A DNA stretch of 64,000 nucleotides from an uncultured bacterium (GCA_963749495.1 CAVVMW010000018.1:128001-192000), one strand, 5' to 3'; shown: positions 20,099-32,714, numbered from the stretch's first letter. Notes: generated from the letters alone by a model not told the origin. Program-made: numbers and translations.

Positions 20099-21974
20099 TC
20101 ACTTTTTCAACCGATAGAAGCTTGCGCCGCCGCCGATCGGGAGCGTGACGGTCTCCTGGCTACCCACTACCGTATTGGTGGCGCTCACCGCCGACCAACT
20201 CGGGTTGGTTAGACTGGCGGTGGCCTGCAACGCGTAGCCGGTCGCGGAGGCGGGCCAGGAGATGACGAGGTTGTTGCCCGAACGGGTGACGCTCAGGCGG
20301 GGCGTCGTCGTCGTGGCGGTGGGGGGGTGGGCCAGGTCATTGTAGAAGTAATCGAACCCGCGCCGTGAAAGGGGGCGGGTTGTTGTTTCCGCTGGGGTCG
20401 TGGTTGCCGGCGATCACGCCCACCTGGGTGATGCCGGCGGCAAACGGCTGGACGTAAGAGTATTGCACCGTCCAGGCCGCCCCATCGGGCGAGGTGCTGA
20501 AGGTCCATCGATCGTTGAATCGGCGGACGCGGAGGAAGACGGTGCCGGAATTGCCCGATTTGGGCAAGGGCACATCGGCAATGGTCGTGCTCGACACCTG
20601 GGAGCCGGTGGAGCCAACGAAGGCCTTAACCTTGCCGGACCCGTCGGAGAGCGCGTTGAAGACGAGATAATCGCCGGAATCATCCTCGACAATCAGACCC
20701 TCGAATTGGTCTGCGATGCTGGGCACTGTATCGAACTTGGCCGAGACCTGGAAATTCGTGTCGGGCACCGGCTGGATTACGCTCACGGCCAGGTTCAGGC
20801 TCTGGGCATCATGGTCGAGGCCGCCGACAACCGCGATCTCCAGATGGCCGTCGCTGGCAACCTGGACGGTGTCGTCCGCGAGGGGGTCCACTGCGGTCCA
20901 CAACGAGGTGTTGAGCGGCGGATGCGTGAAATCATCCAAGGCCGGCGGCCCGCCCGGGCCGTAAATCAGGACAGCGACCGGCGGCGTGGATTGGGTCAAG
21001 CCGTCGCTGTCGGTCGCTGTGGCGCTGATGGCGTATAAGCCGGAGGGAGGATTGTTCCAGGTAAACGTGTAAGGGCTGGTGGCGGCCGTGCCAATCAGGC
21101 TCGCACCGGCATAGAACTCGACCTTGCTGACGGAGCCCGTGGGATTGGGGTTGGTGGCCGTGGCGCCGAGAACCACGTTCGTGGGCGCAGTAAAGGCAGC
21201 CTGGTCTGCCGGGGCGGTGAGGGCAACGAGCGGCGGCGCGTCCTGGCCGTCTTCGTTAACGATGGGCGAGGCATCGTTGAAGAAGTAATCGAGGGCCGCG
21301 ACGAACCCGCTGCCGATGTCCGCGGCATAAGGGCCTACCTGGGCGACGGTCCAGGGCTGCTGGATGGGCTGGTAAACCGTTTCCCAAACGGCGCCGTCCG
21401 GGGAGATGGAGAAGGTCCACGTATCCCCCTTGCGCTGGAGCTTCAGGTAAGCGATACCGCTGCTGGTGCCGTCGCCGGGCGTCTGCAGGCTGACGATGTG
21501 AATGGCCCCGCCGCTGTAATAGCTGGTGCTGTTCCCATTTTGGATTTCCAGCATGTAGGCCATGAGGGTCCCGTTGACCGACTGGATGCAGAAACGCAGG
21601 AAGTTGTTCCCGGTGGGGTCATAGACCAGGATGCCTTCCTGCTGGCCTACTGTGGCGGGGATGGACTCCCATCTGGCGCTCACCTCGAAGTCCGAGTTGG
21701 GGGCCTGTTGCAAGAGGCGCGGGGCGAGGTTGGCGACCCCGGAATCGTGGCCGTTTTGGCTTTGGGGAATGGCGAAAAGCAGCACCACGTCGGTGGTGCC
21801 GTATCCGCTAATGACGTCCTGGACGTCGCCCACGGGGTCAACATAGGTCCAGAGCGACGTGTTGAGACTGGGGTGGTCGAAGTCGTCCGAGACGATCTGG
21901 CCTTGGGCGAGGGGCGCGAGCGCCGCGCCCAGGAGGACCAGCGCCAGGGCCTGCGCGATGCGAGAGCTTTTCAT
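20099..21974 (-). CDS. Secreted protein with two ConA/DUF1349-like beta-sandwich domains, an Ig-like domain and an FYRL-type C-terminal domain (frameshift near 20358)
   Basis: Duplicated DDF..P.LNTSLWT..DP domains and VSKVEFY..PYTFTW Ig domain; the shifted frame continues to ...ISWP...ASFYRLKK stop. Confidence 0.8.
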
Positions 21975-22015
21975 GGAAGCGAGTGGGTTTGCGGTTTGGT
22001 TTTGATGGAGCGGGT

Positions 22016-23392
22016 TCACAGGCGCCACGGAGCGCGTATGGCCCGGGCCAGCATCCGGTTCGCCACGGGATCGTCCACGCACTGTTCCGTCTGCGGGTCC
22101 CATTTGATGTCCCGCTTGAGCAGCATGGAAATGTTGATGACGTGGTTGGTCGTCATCGTCCGATGGGCCGCCACTTCGCTGGCGATACAGGGGCGCCGCC
22201 GCCGAACCGAGTCCAGGAAGTCGCGCAGATGGTTCATCGGCCGCTGGGTCCGCGCCTCGTAATCGTGGACAACTTTGTCGAAATCCTCCAGCAATGCCGG
22301 CGAGGACACCTCGGGCTTTTGGTAACCATCTGCAACGGAGACCCAGCCTTCGGAGCCTTCGTAACGAATCCCGCAGGTGCCGCGCCAGCCGCCCGCCGCC
22401 AGCACCAGCTTGACCCCATCCGCATACGTGGCCGTGAATCCTTCCGCGTTCTCATTCTTGGGATACTGGTATTGCACCGCCGAAGTGGTCAATGCCCCCA
22501 AAGCGGATTGGCACTGGCAGATGGTGTGGCTGCCCCAGCCGGCGACTCCGGTGCCGAAATCGTAATAATCCAGCCAGGCCCCGCAACCGTCCAGGTAGCC
22601 TTTGTTGTAGGGCCGCCAGGGAGCCGGCCCAAGCCATAGGTCCCAATCGAGCGTCTCGCGGTCCGGCTCCGGCTGGGCCGGGAGCATCTCGCGGCTCATC
22701 TTCCACGGCAGGATATGGGCGCGGACCGTCTGGAGTTTCCCCAGCCGCCCCAGGCGCGCCATTTCGTCGCAAAAAACGAAATTCGCTTCGCTGAGCCGCT
22801 GCATGCCTGCCTGGAAAATCCGCCCCTGGCGCCGCGCCGTCTCCACCAGGACCTTGCCCTGCGCGACCGACATCGTGCACGGCTTCTCGCAGAACACGTC
22901 CTTGCCCGCTTTCATGGCCAGGAGCGAGGCCGGCGTGTGCCAGCGGTCGCCCGTCGCGATCAGCATCGCGTTGAGTTCCGTTGGCTGCGCCAACAAGTCG
23001 CGCAGGTCGCGATACGCCGCGCAATCCTTGTTCCCGTACTTGCCGTCCACCGCTTGCTTGGCCGCGTCCCGCCGCGCCTTCTGCACGTCGCACACCGCCA
23101 CGAATTGCACCTCGGGAAACTCCAGCAGGCCCGACAGATCGTAACTGCCCCGTCCGCCGATTCCAATGCCCCCCATGACTATCCGTTCGCTCGGCGCCAC
23201 CGCCCCCTCCCGGCCCAACGCCGAAGCCGGCACGACCTGCGGCATCGCCAGCGCCCCGCACGCCAGCGCTGCCCTTCTGAGGAATTCGCGCCGCCGCACA
23301 CCTGCCCTGCCGGGGGGCCCGCCGCTCCCGGGCCGCGCGCTGGTGCCGCAACTTCTTGCCGGGGAGGATGGGGCAACTCGATTTGCGTTCAT
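22016..23392 (-). CDS. Gfo/Idh/MocA-family oxidoreductase with Tat signal
   Basis: RREFL twin-arginine signal, GIGGRG, VFCEKP and WDLWLGPAP. Confidence 0.93.
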   Translation of the reverse strand: MNANRVAPSSPARSCGTSARPGSGGPPGRAGVRRREFLRRAALACGALAMPQVVPASALGREGAVAPSERIVMGGIGIGGRGSYDLSGLLEFPEVQFVAVCDVQKARRDAAKQAVDGKYGNKDCAAYRDLRDLLAQPTELNAMLIATGDRWHTPASLLAMKAGKDVFCEKPCTMSVAQGKVLVETARRQGRIFQAGMQRLSEANFVFCDEMARLGRLGKLQTVRAHILPWKMSREMLPAQPEPDRETLDWDLWLGPAPWRPYNKGYLDGCGAWLDYYDFGTGVAGWGSHTICQCQSALGALTTSAVQYQYPKNENAEGFTATYADGVKLVLAAGGWRGTCGIRYEGSEGWVSVADGYQKPEVSSPALLEDFDKVVHDYEARTQRPMNHLRDFLDSVRRRRPCIASEVAAHRTMTTNHVINISMLLKRDIKWDPQTEQCVDDPVANRMLARAIRAPWRL

Positions 23393-23450
23393 AGTGTACT
23401 TCTACCGCTTTCCGTGCGGTTCACAACCAAAATCAGGCGGCAGGGCGCCC

Positions 23451-24365
23451 TTACGGCTTTGTGACGGCCGTGGTGTCCGTGGGCTTGAGCGGTTTGGGCG
23501 GCTCGGGCGAAAGGGCCGGCTCGGGGGGCGGCGGGGGCGGCACGTCGGTGGAGACGACGCGCCTGAGGCCGCCCTGGACGGAGATCTTGCCCTCGGCGTC
23601 CACTTTCAGGCGGGGGCGCGAGGTGACGTAATCGTAAGTCTGGCGGGCCAGGAGTTCGCCGTCGGGGTTGTAGGTGAAGTAGCCGAAGGAGTGCGCCCCG
23701 TCCTGGTAGAGGATGTGGAGGTTGCTGAACTGGTCGATGACGTGCTCGGGCCGGCTGACGGAGACCAGGCGGCCCACGGGGATGACGCGCTGGGGCCTGG
23801 CGCCGGCAACATCGGCGATTCTCAAGTAGAGGCGGAGTTGTCCCTTGATGTAATTGGCCTGCTGGAGGATGTAGCGGCGGATTTCCGGGCTGCCCTCGGG
23901 CGCGCCCGGCGGCTTGGGCAGTCCGAACTCCTGCTCCCAAAACGCAATGCCCTGCATGATTTCCATGACCTTCGGCTCGCCGATCACCTCACGGTCCCAT
24001 TGCTTGATCTGGATGGCGGCGGTGATTTTGTAACGGCCCGCTTTGGTTATTGAAAAGCTTGGCCCGATGTCCATCAGCTTGCTCGCCACTTTCGAGGACG
24101 GCAGCTCGAACGGCTCGACCACCGGGAGGTCCGCCACCCGGGGCACCACGAATCCCTCGCGGGACTCGAGCGAGATTTTCAGCCAATCCGCATCTCCGCC
24201 CAGGCGCAGGGTCTGACCCGAGCGGTTGATGATCCGCACCGTGATCGGAATGGCCTCCCCCGGCAGGAACTGGTCCTGCGGTTGCGTGACCTCGACGCTC
24301 ACCTGCGCCGACACTGAAGATGCCGCCGCCGCCAACAGACTTGACCAAAGTCCTAATCTTCTCAT
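23451..24365 (-). CDS. Hypothetical secreted protein
   Basis: Signal peptide, coding-like composition and Pro-rich tail. Confidence 0.75.
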   Translation of the reverse strand: MRRLGLWSSLLAAAASSVSAQVSVEVTQPQDQFLPGEAIPITVRIINRSGQTLRLGGDADWLKISLESREGFVVPRVADLPVVEPFELPSSKVASKLMDIGPSFSITKAGRYKITAAIQIKQWDREVIGEPKVMEIMQGIAFWEQEFGLPKPPGAPEGSPEIRRYILQQANYIKGQLRLYLRIADVAGARPQRVIPVGRLVSVSRPEHVIDQFSNLHILYQDGAHSFGYFTYNPDGELLARQTYDYVTSRPRLKVDAEGKISVQGGLRRVVSTDVPPPPPPEPALSPEPPKPLKPTDTTAVTKP

Positions 24366-24429
24366 TGAACCACTTTATGAAGCCGGCGCCGCACGGCAAC
24401 AAAAATCGAGGTCAGGGAGGAAGGCCGCA

Positions 24430-24610
24430 GTGAAGGCGGAAGCGGCACCGCGGGCAGACCCCTCACCCCGGCCCTCTCCCCTTCCGAAGGGGAGAGGGTG
24501 AAGCGTCGGCAGTCCCGGGAACTTCCTGGGATCTCCGCTTCCTCAACGCTGCGAAGATTTCTCCCTCTCCCCATCCGATGGGGAGAGGGTTGGGGTGAGG
24601 GGTCCGCCCG
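24430..24610. repeat. CCCTCTCCC/GGGAGAGGG palindromic element; related copies 33440-33595 and 52305-52502, partial 10505-10555
   Basis: CCCCTCACCCCGGCCCTCTCCC...GGGAGAGGG doublets at each locus. Confidence 0.85.
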
Positions 24611-24720
24611 GGACTCGGCCTCCGCCTCCACCGCTTGCCCCAGGGCAGATGCATTCAATTCGCTGGGGGGCACAAGGACGGGTTGGCAGAAAAATGGTTC
24701 TTCTCCATTTTTCTGCCAGC

Positions 24721-25766
24721 TCATTTTTCTGCCAGTTCAGGCAGGGCTGCCCTCGAATCGAGCCGCCGCTCGACGGCCGCCAGGACCGCGCCCGGTGAGA
24801 GCAGCCGGAGGCACTCGAGGGGCCTGGAATGAGCGCAGCGGGATTTCAGGCAGGGGGCGCACGGCAGAGCGGCCTGGAGGACGTGGTCGAGTTGGCCGTA
24901 AGGGCCGGTGCGCCGCGGTTCGGTGGGGCCAAACAGCCCGACGACCGGTTTGCCCAGCGCCGCCGCCACATGCATCGGGCCGGTATCGTTGGTCACCATC
25001 GCCGCCCCCAGGCGAATCCACTCGACCATCTCCGGCAACGAAAGCTGGCCGGTCAGATCCAGCGAGCGTTCCGGCGCCACACTCGCGATCGTCCCGCCCA
25101 GCGGGCGGTCTTCGGGCCCGCCCAGGATGGCGAACCGCAAGTCCTTGCGCCGGACCGCAGCCTGCCGCACCAATTCCGCGAAGCCCTCGACGGGCCAGCG
25201 CTTGTTGGACCAGCGCGCCCCCGGCTGCAGGATGAGCCAGGGCCCGGCTCGACCGGCCATTTCCGGCGCAGGCCCTCAGCCACGCCCGGCCGGTCCGGCA
25301 GCCACTGGAAATGGCCGGGCGGCGGCACCCCCGCCAGCGGCAGCACGCTCAAATACCAATCCACCGCGTGAGTGTGAAAGGACGGGCGCGGGGCGATAAC
25401 ATCGTAGAACCCGCGCGCGCCTTCGCGGGGCTCGTCCAGGCCGAGGGTCAATTGGCCCTTGGCCAGCCAGGCGAAGATGCCGCTGCGGATGAGGCACTGC
25501 AGGTCGATGACCAGGTCGAAGCGCTGTTGCCGGAGCCAGCGCACTGTGCGCCAGAGCCCGGCCCAGTTGGACGGCCTGGCCCAGCGCCGCCGCTCGAAAG
25601 GGATTATGCCTGCCAGGTCGGGGTCGCCCTCCAGCAACGGCGCCAGGTGGCTGTCGATCCACCAATACACCTGGCTGCGCGGGCGGTGCCCCTTGATGGC
25701 GCGCAACACCGGCAGGGCCTGCACCACGTCCCCGAGGGAGCTGGGCTTGAGGATGAGGATCTTCAC
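24721..25766 (-). CDS. Glycosyltransferase family 9 (LPS heptosyltransferase-like; frameshift near 25247)
   Basis: KPSSLGDVV, DLQCLIRS, KRWP, NDTGPMHVAAALG and LFGPT. Confidence 0.9.
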
Positions 25767-26485
25767 CGGCCGAAGGCCAGCCGCTCCGCCAGGCGCGGGG
25801 GCAGGCCCGCGTCCAGGATCTTCTTCTGCGCCGCCGGGATGTCATACTCCACCCGCCGCAGCTCGATGGTGCCCTCGTCCGCATCATAAACCACGTAGGC
25901 CGCCTTGGGGTTGTTGTCGCGCGGTTGGCCGATGGCGCCGACGTTGATGAAGTACTTCTTGCCCGGCTCGGCCTTGAACTTGGAATAGGTGCCGCCTCGC
26001 ACCATGCTGTCGCGGATGAAGGCGACCGGGACGTGGGTGTGACCGAAGAAGCAAAGGGCGGTGTTCTGGTAGGTGAAACTGGCGGCGGCGGCCAGCTTGT
26101 CAAAGACATACCCCCAGCGTTGGGGGCCGTCGAGGGTGGCGTGAACGAGAGTGAAATTAGTGAGGATGCGCCAGTATTTGAGGTCGCGCAGCCACTGCTT
26201 GTCGTCTTCGGACAACTGCTTGCGGGTCCACCGGACGGCCTCCGCTGCCGCCGGGTTGAACCCGTCCAGCGGGCCCTCGCTCGAGCAATACTCGTCGTGA
26301 TTGCCTTTGACGCACGGGATATTCATGCGCCGAACGATCTCCAGGCACTCCTTGGGGTTGGCGTTGTAGCCCACCACGTCGCCCAGGCAGGCGTAATGCG
26401 TGCATCGCTGCTGCTTGATGTCTTCCAGGACAACTCGAAACGCCTCCAGATTGGAGTGGATGTCCGCTATGATAGCAAACTTCAT
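25763..26485 (-). CDS. Metallophosphoesterase
   Basis: DIHSN, GDVVGY, GNHD and GHTH motifs. Confidence 0.93.
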   Translation of the reverse strand: MKFAIIADIHSNLEAFRVVLEDIKQQRCTHYACLGDVVGYNANPKECLEIVRRMNIPCVKGNHDEYCSSEGPLDGFNPAAAEAVRWTRKQLSEDDKQWLRDLKYWRILTNFTLVHATLDGPQRWGYVFDKLAAAASFTYQNTALCFFGHTHVPVAFIRDSMVRGGTYSKFKAEPGKKYFINVGAIGQPRDNNPKAAYVVYDADEGTIELRRVEYDIPAAQKKILDAGLPPRLAERLAFGR

Positions 26486-26489
26486 TGAT

Positions 26490-26768
26490 CTACCTTACTA
26501 TTTCAAACCCGCGAAAGTCGTTCCTGGCTTCGTTCCAACTCGCTTCTTCTTTCTGAATGAAATGCCGCAAGCCCGACTCCAGGATGGCCTGCCGGAAGGC
26601 CTCCAACTCGTCCTGGGCGCCTTCGGCGATCAGTTCCACCCGGCCGTCGGGCAGGTTTCGCACCGTCCCAGTCACTTCAAACCCGGTGGCCGCCCGCAGG
26701 ACCGTGTATCGAAACCCAACACCCTGAACGCTGCCCGAATAAACGACCTTGACTCGCTTGCGGTTCAC
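26490..26768 (-). CDS. acyP: Acylphosphatase
   Basis: VQGVGFR and [12 protein letters not shown]. Confidence 0.93.
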   Translation of the reverse strand: MNRKRVKVVYSGSVQGVGFRYTVLRAATGFEVTGTVRNLPDGRVELIAEGAQDELEAFRQAILESGLRHFIQKEEASWNEARNDFRGFEIVR

Positions 26769-26825
26769 AACATGCCGCTACACCATGCGCTACATTGCCC
26801 CGGCTTCCAAGCGCAAAATTGGTTG

Positions 26826-28345
<1,520 letters not shown>

Positions 28346-28365
<20 letters not shown>

Positions 28366-28981
28366 GCAGCCAGGTCTGGATGAGTTTTCCGCGTTTGACC
28401 GGCGCGGCGTCCGGGCGCGCGGGCGGGTTCGGGTCTGCCCGCCGTTGCTCGCGCAGGTCCTTGCGGCGCAGCCGCCAGGTGCCCAGGAGGGTATAGAAGG
28501 CGACCGCCGCGGCGTAAGCGACTATCCCCAGGCCGATGGCCAGAACCTCCGGGTCCCGTTCCCAAGTGAAATAGATCACCGCCGCCCCCACGCCCGCCGT
28601 CAGGACGGTCTGTCCGAAGAGGCAGAACAGGTAAAGGGTGATGCGGGTCTCCTGGATGCGCTCGATGTGCCACTCCCGGTAGAGGTGCTCGCCCAGCGAG
28701 CGCATGAGCCAGGCCGATTGGAAGTTGCGCGCCGCCACCAGGACGCTGGTCGTGCTGATGACGATCGCCGGCAACGGCCAGAAGGCGAGGCCAAAACAGA
28801 GCGCCAGGTTGATGGCGATGCCCCACCGCCACCCCAGTTTCTTGGCTATCGGGTTGCCCTCCAGGAGCATGTTGGGCGTGGCTATCCACGTGCTCAGAAA
28901 ATCCATGCCTCGTGAAACCAGCAACAACAGGAAGATCACCCCGTAGGTCCGCGTGCCGAATTGGACAGAGTCCTCGCTCAT
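28346..28981 (-). CDS. Hypothetical membrane protein (3' end uncertain)
   Basis: Several transmembrane segments and EGNP motif; ATGA-coupled to hisI. Confidence 0.75.
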
Positions 28982-29370
28982 TTCTTGCCGTAAATCCGGC
29001 TGGGCTCCGCCAGCCGCGGTTCGGTAATCTTCACCGAGGCCCCGCCCTCCTGCACCGAGCGGAAAAAGCACGATTGGTATCCTTCGTGGCAGGCGGCGCC
29101 CACTTGCTCGACCTGGATCAGCAGCGTGTCCCCGTCGCAATCCAAGGCGATGCCCTTCACCGCCTGGGTGTGCCCGCTGGTTTCGCCCTTCATCCAGAAT
29201 TTCTGGCGCGAACGGCTCCAAAAATGGGTCTTGCCGGTCTCGATCGTCGTCTGGAGCGAGGCGCGATTCATCCAGGCCATCATCAGCACCCGGCCGGTCT
29301 TCTGTTCCTGGATAATGGCGGGAATCAGCCCGTGGGCATCGAACTTGAGTTGGTCCAAAAAGCTCATCAA
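28978..29370 (-). CDS. hisI: Phosphoribosyl-AMP cyclohydrolase
   Basis: WSRSR, KGETSG, DCDGD and [11 protein letters not shown]. Confidence 0.96.
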   Translation of the reverse strand: MMSFLDQLKFDAHGLIPAIIQEQKTGRVLMMAWMNRASLQTTIETGKTHFWSRSRQKFWMKGETSGHTQAVKGIALDCDGDTLLIQVEQVGAACHEGYQSCFFRSVQEGGASVKITEPRLAEPSRIYGKK

Positions 29371-29506
29371 TGTCTTGCCAGTTGCCTAAGCTAAGCACTC
29401 TCAAGCCCGGTTTGCAACCAAAGCCGGAAAAGAAAGGCAGAAAAACAGGAGACGAGGGGATTGGGCTCTCCGTGTTCCCGCGTCTCCGTGGCCCCCGAGA
29501 GAGCGT

Positions 29507-29660
29507 CTAAATCGAACCACCCAACCTCGGCACAACCTTTGTCGCGGCCTTTGTCGGGTCCTTTGTCGAGAAATGGGGCCTTCGACAAAGGCCGCGACAA
29601 ATGCCGCGACAGAGGTCCAAAACTGGCATGGGTGTGCCAATGTTGGTTGTTCCGATCTAG
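29507..29660. mobile_element. MITE-like element with imperfect terminal inverted repeats and internal CTTTGTCG/CGACAAAG repeats; inverted partial copy 37582-37710
   Basis: Left end CTAAATCGAACCACCCAACCTCGGCACA versus reverse complement of right end CTAGATCGGAACAACCAACATTGGCACA. Confidence 0.65.
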
Positions 29661-30517
29661 TTCGGCCGCTTGGCGGGCGGGACATAATCCTTGTGCCAGT
29701 ACAACGTCCAGAGGCGTTCGAGCAGGACCGGTTCGGCGTGGCCATCGGCAAAGTGGATGATGACGGAGCCGGGCAGCGGGGATGCGGGCGGCATGTTGCG
29801 AGGGGCCCGTGAGGGGTCCATTTTGCCATGGCGGGCGATGGTCAGGCGCTGCATGCCGTCCGAATCAGCACCCGCGTAGAGGTTGCGGGCCGGCGCGTCC
29901 TGCGCCAGCGGCCAGGTATCCACCCAGACTGAATCGATGAAGACCGGGGTCATGGCGGGCCGGACAATGGCGCTCTCGGCCCCGAATTCCTTGTCGGCGT
30001 CTGAAATGCCACGATAGAACCAGCCGTTGAGAGCATAACTGCCCTGGTAATTGGTCGTGCCATAGATCCACTGCCAGGCCTGGTCGGCCATGCCGAATCC
30101 GTTGAGCGCCGTGTTGCGCTGCACCCAGGGGTGTTGCTCCGGGGCGACCGGGCAGACCCGCACCTTGTTCACGAAGGCGTACCCGTTGATGAGTTTTTTC
30201 ATCCACAAATCGTAGGTCTCCCCCGGCGATTGATAGGGCATGCTCTTGCCGCTGTCGTTGATGTACATGAAATGCGCCAGCCCGATCTGCTTGATATTGT
30301 TGACGCACTCGATCCCGCGCGCCTTGGACTTGGTGCGGGAGAGGACCGGCAGCAGCAAGGCCGCCAGGATGGCGATGATGGCGATCACCACCAGCAGCTC
30401 GATCAGCGTGAAGCCGGGCCCTCTCGGACGTGAAAACAGGCCCGCGACCCTGCGCCCAAAGCCGAACTTGCCCGCGCGCCTGGCAACCCCACACCTGGCT
30501 TTTGCACGTGCGATCAT
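29657..30517 (-). CDS. Prepilin-type N-terminal cleavage/methylation protein with H-X9-DG-like C-terminus
   Basis: [23 protein letters not shown] and C-terminal FADGH. Confidence 0.9.
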   Translation of the reverse strand: MIARAKARCGVARRAGKFGFGRRVAGLFSRPRGPGFTLIELLVVIAIIAILAALLLPVLSRTKSKARGIECVNNIKQIGLAHFMYINDSGKSMPYQSPGETYDLWMKKLINGYAFVNKVRVCPVAPEQHPWVQRNTALNGFGMADQAWQWIYGTTNYQGSYALNGWFYRGISDADKEFGAESAIVRPAMTPVFIDSVWVDTWPLAQDAPARNLYAGADSDGMQRLTIARHGKMDPSRAPRNMPPASPLPGSVIIHFADGHAEPVLLERLWTLYWHKDYVPPAKRPN

Positions 30518-30682
30518 GGCCGGAGAATAGGCCACCGTTCCCGGTTTGTCGAGCCCCGTAAGCGGTCCCAAATCCTCGGCTGAGCAATTCTTATGAAACG
30601 GAATACGCGGTTTCTATCTTTGCCCGATTGGCACGAGATTTGAGGTGCCTTAAAGGGGTCAAGTAAAGGCGTCATAAAGTCA

Positions 30683-30736
30683 GTCAACGAGAATATACTA
30701 TTCTGATCAAAAGGCTAAAATCACAATCTCATTGAC
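30683..30736 (+). repeat. 54-bp AT-rich dyad repeat; copy 2 at 32661-32714 (51/54 identical), diverged copy about 33362-33417
   Basis: GTCAAYGAGAATATACTATTCTGATCAAAAGGCTA..ATCACAATCTCATTGAC, embedded in AAAGGGGTCA/TGACCCCTTT arms. Confidence 0.85.
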
Positions 30737-30900
30737 CCCTTTCCGCTGTTGATCTCGAGGTTCATCCACAAATCCTTCTGAGGCGTCAAATAAACCTTGC
30801 GATCCGCAGAGGGAGGTGTAAAATATCCTTAATCCAGATAAGCTAACATGACTTCTTCTGAATCATAATTCGTCAAATCACCCTGAAATGGAGGATAACT

Positions 30901-32520
30901 ATGACTACTTCAATTAAAATCTTGAACACGTTCACGAAGAGGGGGGCTGTGGGGGTACTGGCTCTGGCCCTGACTTCGGTAGTGCTCCCCTCGTGGGCCG
31001 CCCAGGACGACTGGTGGATGTTTCACCACGACCGACAACACACGGGGCGCAGCCCGTTCGTGGGTCCCAGCGTCGCGAACCTGAAGTGGGTCTTCACAAT
31101 AGGTACGGACGTATACTCTTCCCCCGCGATCGGGGTGGACCGGACCGTTTATGTCGGGTCGTATGATGGTAATCTGTATGCGATCAACCCCGACGGGACG
31201 CAGAAGTGGGCCTTTCCAACAGGTTTCGGTGTAAACTCTTCCCCGGCGATCGGGGCGGACGGGACCGTTTATGTCGGGTCGGGTTATTATGACGGTAAAT
31301 TATATGCGATCAAGCCCGACGGGACGCAGAAGTGGGCCTCCCCAACAGGTTGGAATCCAGTCTCTTCCCCGGCCATCGGGGTGGACGGGACGGTTTATAT
31401 CGGGTGTCGGGATGGTAATCTGTATGCGATCAACCCGGACGGGACGCAGCAGTGGGCCTTCCCAACAGGTGATTGGGTATGGTCTTCCCCAGCGATCGGG
31501 GCGGACGGGACGGTTTATGTGGGGTCGTGGGATGGCAATCTGTATGCGATCAACCCGGACGGGACGCAGCAGTGGGCCTTCACAACAGGTGATTGGGTAG
31601 GCTCTTCCCCGGCGATCGGGGCGGACGGGACGGTTTATGTCGGGTCGTGCGATGGAAATCTGTATGCGATCAACCCGGACGGGACGCAGAAGTGGGCCTT
31701 TCCAACACCTAGTCAAGTCTGGTCTTCCCCAGCGATCGGGGCGGACGGGACGGTTTATTTCGGATCCGGTGGGCCTGAGAATAAATTCTATGCGATCAAC
31801 CCGGACGGGACGCAGAAGTGGGCCTTCCGAACTGATAGTGCGACATTCATTTCCCCGGCGATCGGGGCCGACGGGACCGTTTATGTCGGGTCGTCAATTG
31901 GTACACTGTATGCGATTAACCCGGAGGGGACGCAGAAGTGGGCCTTCACAATAGAGGGGGGGGGTTACCTTGAATCCTCCCCGGCGATCGGGGCGGACGG
32001 GACCCTTTATGTCGGGTCGTGGGATGGCAAACTGTATGCGATCAACAACCCGGCGCCGCCAAAGGTGACGTGCTCCGTCGGGACCAGCACCCTGTGGCCG
32101 CCAGAGCATGACCTGATCAATGTTGGCTTGGCTGCCAGTGCGACGGACAACTGCGATGGCACCGGGCTGCCGGTGGTGGTCCAAGTCTTCAGCAACGAGG
32201 ACGAACTGGCACCGGCCAGCGGCGACTTCTCGCCGGATGCCAAAGATCTCGGCGTCGGCACGCTGCGACTCCGCTCCGAACGCCGCGGTGACGCTCAGGG
32301 GCGCGTTTATTTGATCGTGACCACGGCCACGGACACTTCCGGCAACACTGGATTCTGCTGCACCACGGTGACCGTGACGCATGACCAGAGTGCCGCGTCG
32401 ATCGCCTCGGTGGCGGCGCAGGCAGCAGCCGCGCAGGCATACTGCGCGAGCCACAACGGCGCTCCGCCGGCAGGCTACTTCGTGATCGGCAACGGCCCAA
32501 TCGTCGGTCCGAAGCAATAG
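30901..32520 (+). CDS. Secreted PQQ-like beta-propeller repeat protein with C-terminal LWPPxH domain
   Basis: GGAGG ribosome-binding site, signal peptide, and eight SSPAIGADGTVYVGS.DGNLYAINPDGTQKW repeats. Confidence 0.93.
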   Translation: MTTSIKILNTFTKRGAVGVLALALTSVVLPSWAAQDDWWMFHHDRQHTGRSPFVGPSVANLKWVFTIGTDVYSSPAIGVDRTVYVGSYDGNLYAINPDGTQKWAFPTGFGVNSSPAIGADGTVYVGSGYYDGKLYAIKPDGTQKWASPTGWNPVSSPAIGVDGTVYIGCRDGNLYAINPDGTQQWAFPTGDWVWSSPAIGADGTVYVGSWDGNLYAINPDGTQQWAFTTGDWVGSSPAIGADGTVYVGSCDGNLYAINPDGTQKWAFPTPSQVWSSPAIGADGTVYFGSGGPENKFYAINPDGTQKWAFRTDSATFISPAIGADGTVYVGSSIGTLYAINPEGTQKWAFTIEGGGYLESSPAIGADGTLYVGSWDGKLYAINNPAPPKVTCSVGTSTLWPPEHDLINVGLAASATDNCDGTGLPVVVQVFSNEDELAPASGDFSPDAKDLGVGTLRLRSERRGDAQGRVYLIVTTATDTSGNTGFCCTTVTVTHDQSAASIASVAAQAAAAQAYCASHNGAPPAGYFVIGNGPIVGPKQ

Positions 32521-32714
32521 CCACCACGAAATGGCTAGTGTGAGTTAGAACATTCGGCTCTGTAGCTGAATTCGTGGGTAACCGGGTGCCGAAAGCGGCC
32601 CGACCGCCGACAGTGACACGAGGAGTTTTTCGCTTTGGCCCTTAAAGGGGTCATAAAGGGGTCAATGAGAATATACTATTCTGATCAAAAGGCTAGTATC
32701 ACAATCTCATTGAC

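Noticed and set aside
30901..32520. Diversity-generating retroelement target
   Set aside because: No reverse transcriptase or template repeat in the window, and the variation is not adenine-specific
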